In this document: one piece after another, positions 48,052 through 50,152 of the stretch | Numbering within the stretch: the stretch's first letter is position 1 | Layout: each line of letters opens with the position of its first letter | From: Actinomycetes bacterium | GTDB lineage: Bacteria; Actinomycetota; Actinomycetes; Nanopelagicales; Nanopelagicaceae | NCBI GenBank assembly: GCA_025355805.1 | Contig: JANXYY010000070.1 | Span: 1-50,152, forward strand | Reading direction: 5' to 3' | Length of the DNA: 50,152 nt | Notes under the pieces: model-generated | Database searches by the model: none | Seen by the model: only the letters and a program-made list of their open reading frames with translations | What the model was told of the DNA's origin: nothing | Made by a program: the position numbers and the translations under genes

Positions 48052-49338
48052 TTGGACGCTGTGACCGGACGCGAATTACTAGACGACTTCAAATGGCGAG
48101 GGCTGCTCGCTCAGAGCACCGATGAAGACGCACTTATTGCCTCCTTAGACGCCGGCCCGGTCTCCGTTTATATTGGATTCGATCCCACTGCGCCGAGTCT
48201 GCACATCGGTCACCTCGTCGTTCTGCTGGCGTTGCGCCGGTTCCAACTCGCTGGGCATCGTCCAATCGCCTTAGTGGGAGGCGCAACCGGCCTGGTGGGG
48301 GATCCGAGTGGTCGCAACTCGGAGCGGATCCTTAACGATGAAGAAGTTATTTCTGGCTGGGTTACGGGTATTAGGAGCCAACTTGAGGCTTTTCTAGTTT
48401 TTGATGACTCGGCGAATAGCGCAGTGATGGCAAACAACCTTGACTGGACGCGCTCGCTCACGGCGCTCGAACTCCTCCGCGATATCGGCAAACATTTCAG
48501 TGTGAATCAGATGCTCAATAAAGATTCGGTCGCAACCCGCCTCAATGGCGGCGGAATTTCATATACCGAATTCTCTTACCAGGTGTTGCAAGCCATGGAT
48601 TTTTTAGAACTGTTTCGACGCGAAGGCTGCACGCTTCAAATGGGAGGAAGCGACCAATGGGGCAACATCACCGCAGGCCTTGACCTAATCCGACGAGTTG
48701 AACAGGGCTCTGCGCACGCGCTCACGATGAACCTGCTCATGAAGTCAGACGGCACAAAGTTTGGGAAAAGTGCTGGTGGTGCGGTGTGGCTTGATCCCAA
48801 GATGACGTCCCCATATGCCTTTTACCAATACTGGTTCAATTGCGAGGACGCCGACGTCATCGCTTACCTGAAGTTTTTCTCTTTTGCCAACCATGCAACG
48901 ATCGACGATCTGGCGGTCCAGGTCTTGGAACATCCGGCAAAGCGAGCCGCACAGCGTTTCCTAGCCAGGGAGATGACCACGCTCGTACACGGCGCAGAAG
49001 AGTGCGAGCGAGTCGAGTTGGCTGCCGCTGCCCTCTTCGGCTTGGGGGACCTTTCTCAGGTAGCGGAGACCACCCTGGCGGGCGCCCTTCTGCAGGTGCC
49101 GCGGGCCACGATCGCCCGCTCCATGGAGCTCCCGGGCCTGATCGAACTACTTGCGGCGACCGGAGTTGTCGAGTCAAAATCGGCCGCCAGACGAACCATC
49201 CGCGAAGGCGGGGCTTACTTGAATAACGTCAAGGTCACGGATGAGGCTTTCGTCCCGACCCGAGGTGATCTACTTCACGATAGGTTTCTCGTTTTGCGTC
49301 GAGGCAAGCGCGATATTGCAGCGATCGAGGTGTCGTGA
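48052..49338 (+). CDS. tyrS: Tyrosine--tRNA ligase
   Basis: A 428-aa class I enzyme with the HIGH motif (SLHIGHL), KMSKS-like KFGKS and a C-terminal S4 domain. The start is either TTG 48052 or GTG 48061. Confidence 0.92.
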   Translation: MDAVTGRELLDDFKWRGLLAQSTDEDALIASLDAGPVSVYIGFDPTAPSLHIGHLVVLLALRRFQLAGHRPIALVGGATGLVGDPSGRNSERILNDEEVISGWVTGIRSQLEAFLVFDDSANSAVMANNLDWTRSLTALELLRDIGKHFSVNQMLNKDSVATRLNGGGISYTEFSYQVLQAMDFLELFRREGCTLQMGGSDQWGNITAGLDLIRRVEQGSAHALTMNLLMKSDGTKFGKSAGGAVWLDPKMTSPYAFYQYWFNCEDADVIAYLKFFSFANHATIDDLAVQVLEHPAKRAAQRFLAREMTTLVHGAEECERVELAAAALFGLGDLSQVAETTLAGALLQVPRATIARSMELPGLIELLAATGVVESKSAARRTIREGGAYLNNVKVTDEAFVPTRGDLLHDRFLVLRRGKRDIAAIEVS

Positions 49339-49340
49339 AT

Positions 49341-49365
49341 AAGCCCTAGCAACTAAGGCTTTTTT
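49341..49365 (+). terminator. Candidate intrinsic terminator after tyrS
   Basis: A short stem, AAGCC (49341-49345) paired with GGCTT (49357-49361), with an 11-nt loop. It runs into a T6 tract (49360-49365), 3 nt after the tyrS stop. Confidence 0.45.
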
Positions 49366-49404
49366 GAACTCAAATATCGCCTCATGAGCGGTAGATAGTC
49401 CGAT

Positions 49405-49434
49405 TTGACCGCAATCACTCCACTCGCATAAACT
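49405..49434 (+). promoter_or_regulatory. Candidate rRNA operon promoter (distal)
   Basis: TTGACC (49405-49410), an 18-nt spacer, then TAAACT (49429-49434). This fits the actinobacterial TTGACN / TANNNT consensus and lies in the 448-nt gap upstream of 16S. Confidence 0.35.
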
Positions 49435-49553
49435 ACGCAAGCATTCGAGAAACGGACGATGGAAATATCGGACGTTCGATTGACACCTCCCACCTAGATT
49501 TTCGCAAGAATTTGAATAGGTGTTTGCCAGGAGGGATGCGGAACCGCCGGGTT

Positions 49554-49582
49554 TGACCCGGGGGCGCGCAATGGCTAAGTTG
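49554..49582 (+). promoter_or_regulatory. Candidate rRNA operon promoter (proximal)
   Basis: TTGACC (49554-49559), a 17-nt spacer, then TAAGTT (49577-49582), about 205 nt upstream of the mature 16S 5' end. Confidence 0.4.
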
Positions 49583-49785
49583 GGAATGTTGCCCCGAAGA
49601 CGGTCGGAAGACCTGAGATCGGTGCGCGTCCGTACCTTGAGAACTCAACAGCGTGCCACAAGTCAATGCCAATTAAACCTCGTCGTTGGGGTTGTTTGAT
49701 CTTTGGATCAAGCCACACCAATAACGAAATTCCTTTGGTGAATGACATAACTAAAGCTAGTTACGTCAAGCGCCAGATCAAGCCT

Positions 49786-50152
<367 letters not shown>

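Noticed and set aside
49480-49510. A perfect TTGACA hexamer at 49480-49485 as a third rRNA promoter.
   Set aside because: No TANNNT-type -10 lies at 16-19 nt spacing; the hexamers there are TCGCAA, CGCAAG and GCAAGA. TAGATT at 49495 is only 9 nt away. I did not call it as a promoter.

Overview
This window is a densely packed chromosomal core segment from an Actinomycetota genome. The assignment rests on RbpA, the actinobacterial sufR-sufBD-Rieske-sufCSU-sufT operon, a fabG-inhA-like pair, and a 16S 5' end with actinobacterial signatures. GC is moderate and intergenic regions are very short.

Gene order, left to right:
- gap-pgk-tpiA-secG-rbpA
- pgi-tal-tkt on the minus strand
- ctaB, convergent with ctaA
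- the complete SUF Fe-S assembly operon
- an ABC-F ATPase, an enoyl-CoA hydratase and an ABC exporter
- SURF1, moaA and a DUF3099-like gene
- fabG, fabI(inhA) and a SixA-like phosphatase
- a six-gene accessory block at about 25.2-34.1 kb
- an SseB-like gene, then infC-rpmI-rplT, a TrmH-family methyltransferase and pheST
- argCJBD-argR-argGH, with no argF
- tyrS, then an rRNA operon leader and the first ~365 nt of 16S rRNA

From memory, this order closely follows the Mycobacterium/Streptomyces backbone.

The only part that is not housekeeping is the block at 25.2-34.1 kb. It encodes hydantoinase/oxoprolinase A and B, a type III CoA-transferase, a fused AccD-AccA-like carboxyltransferase, a carbamate kinase and an AtzD/barbiturase-family ring-opening amidohydrolase. 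I cannot map this combination onto any pathway I know. I flag it as the best candidate for an undescribed cyclic-amide/ureide catabolic system.

I saw no CRISPR array, transposase, integrase, tRNA or large repeat. All calls come from reading the translated ORFs and the sequence by eye; no searches were run.
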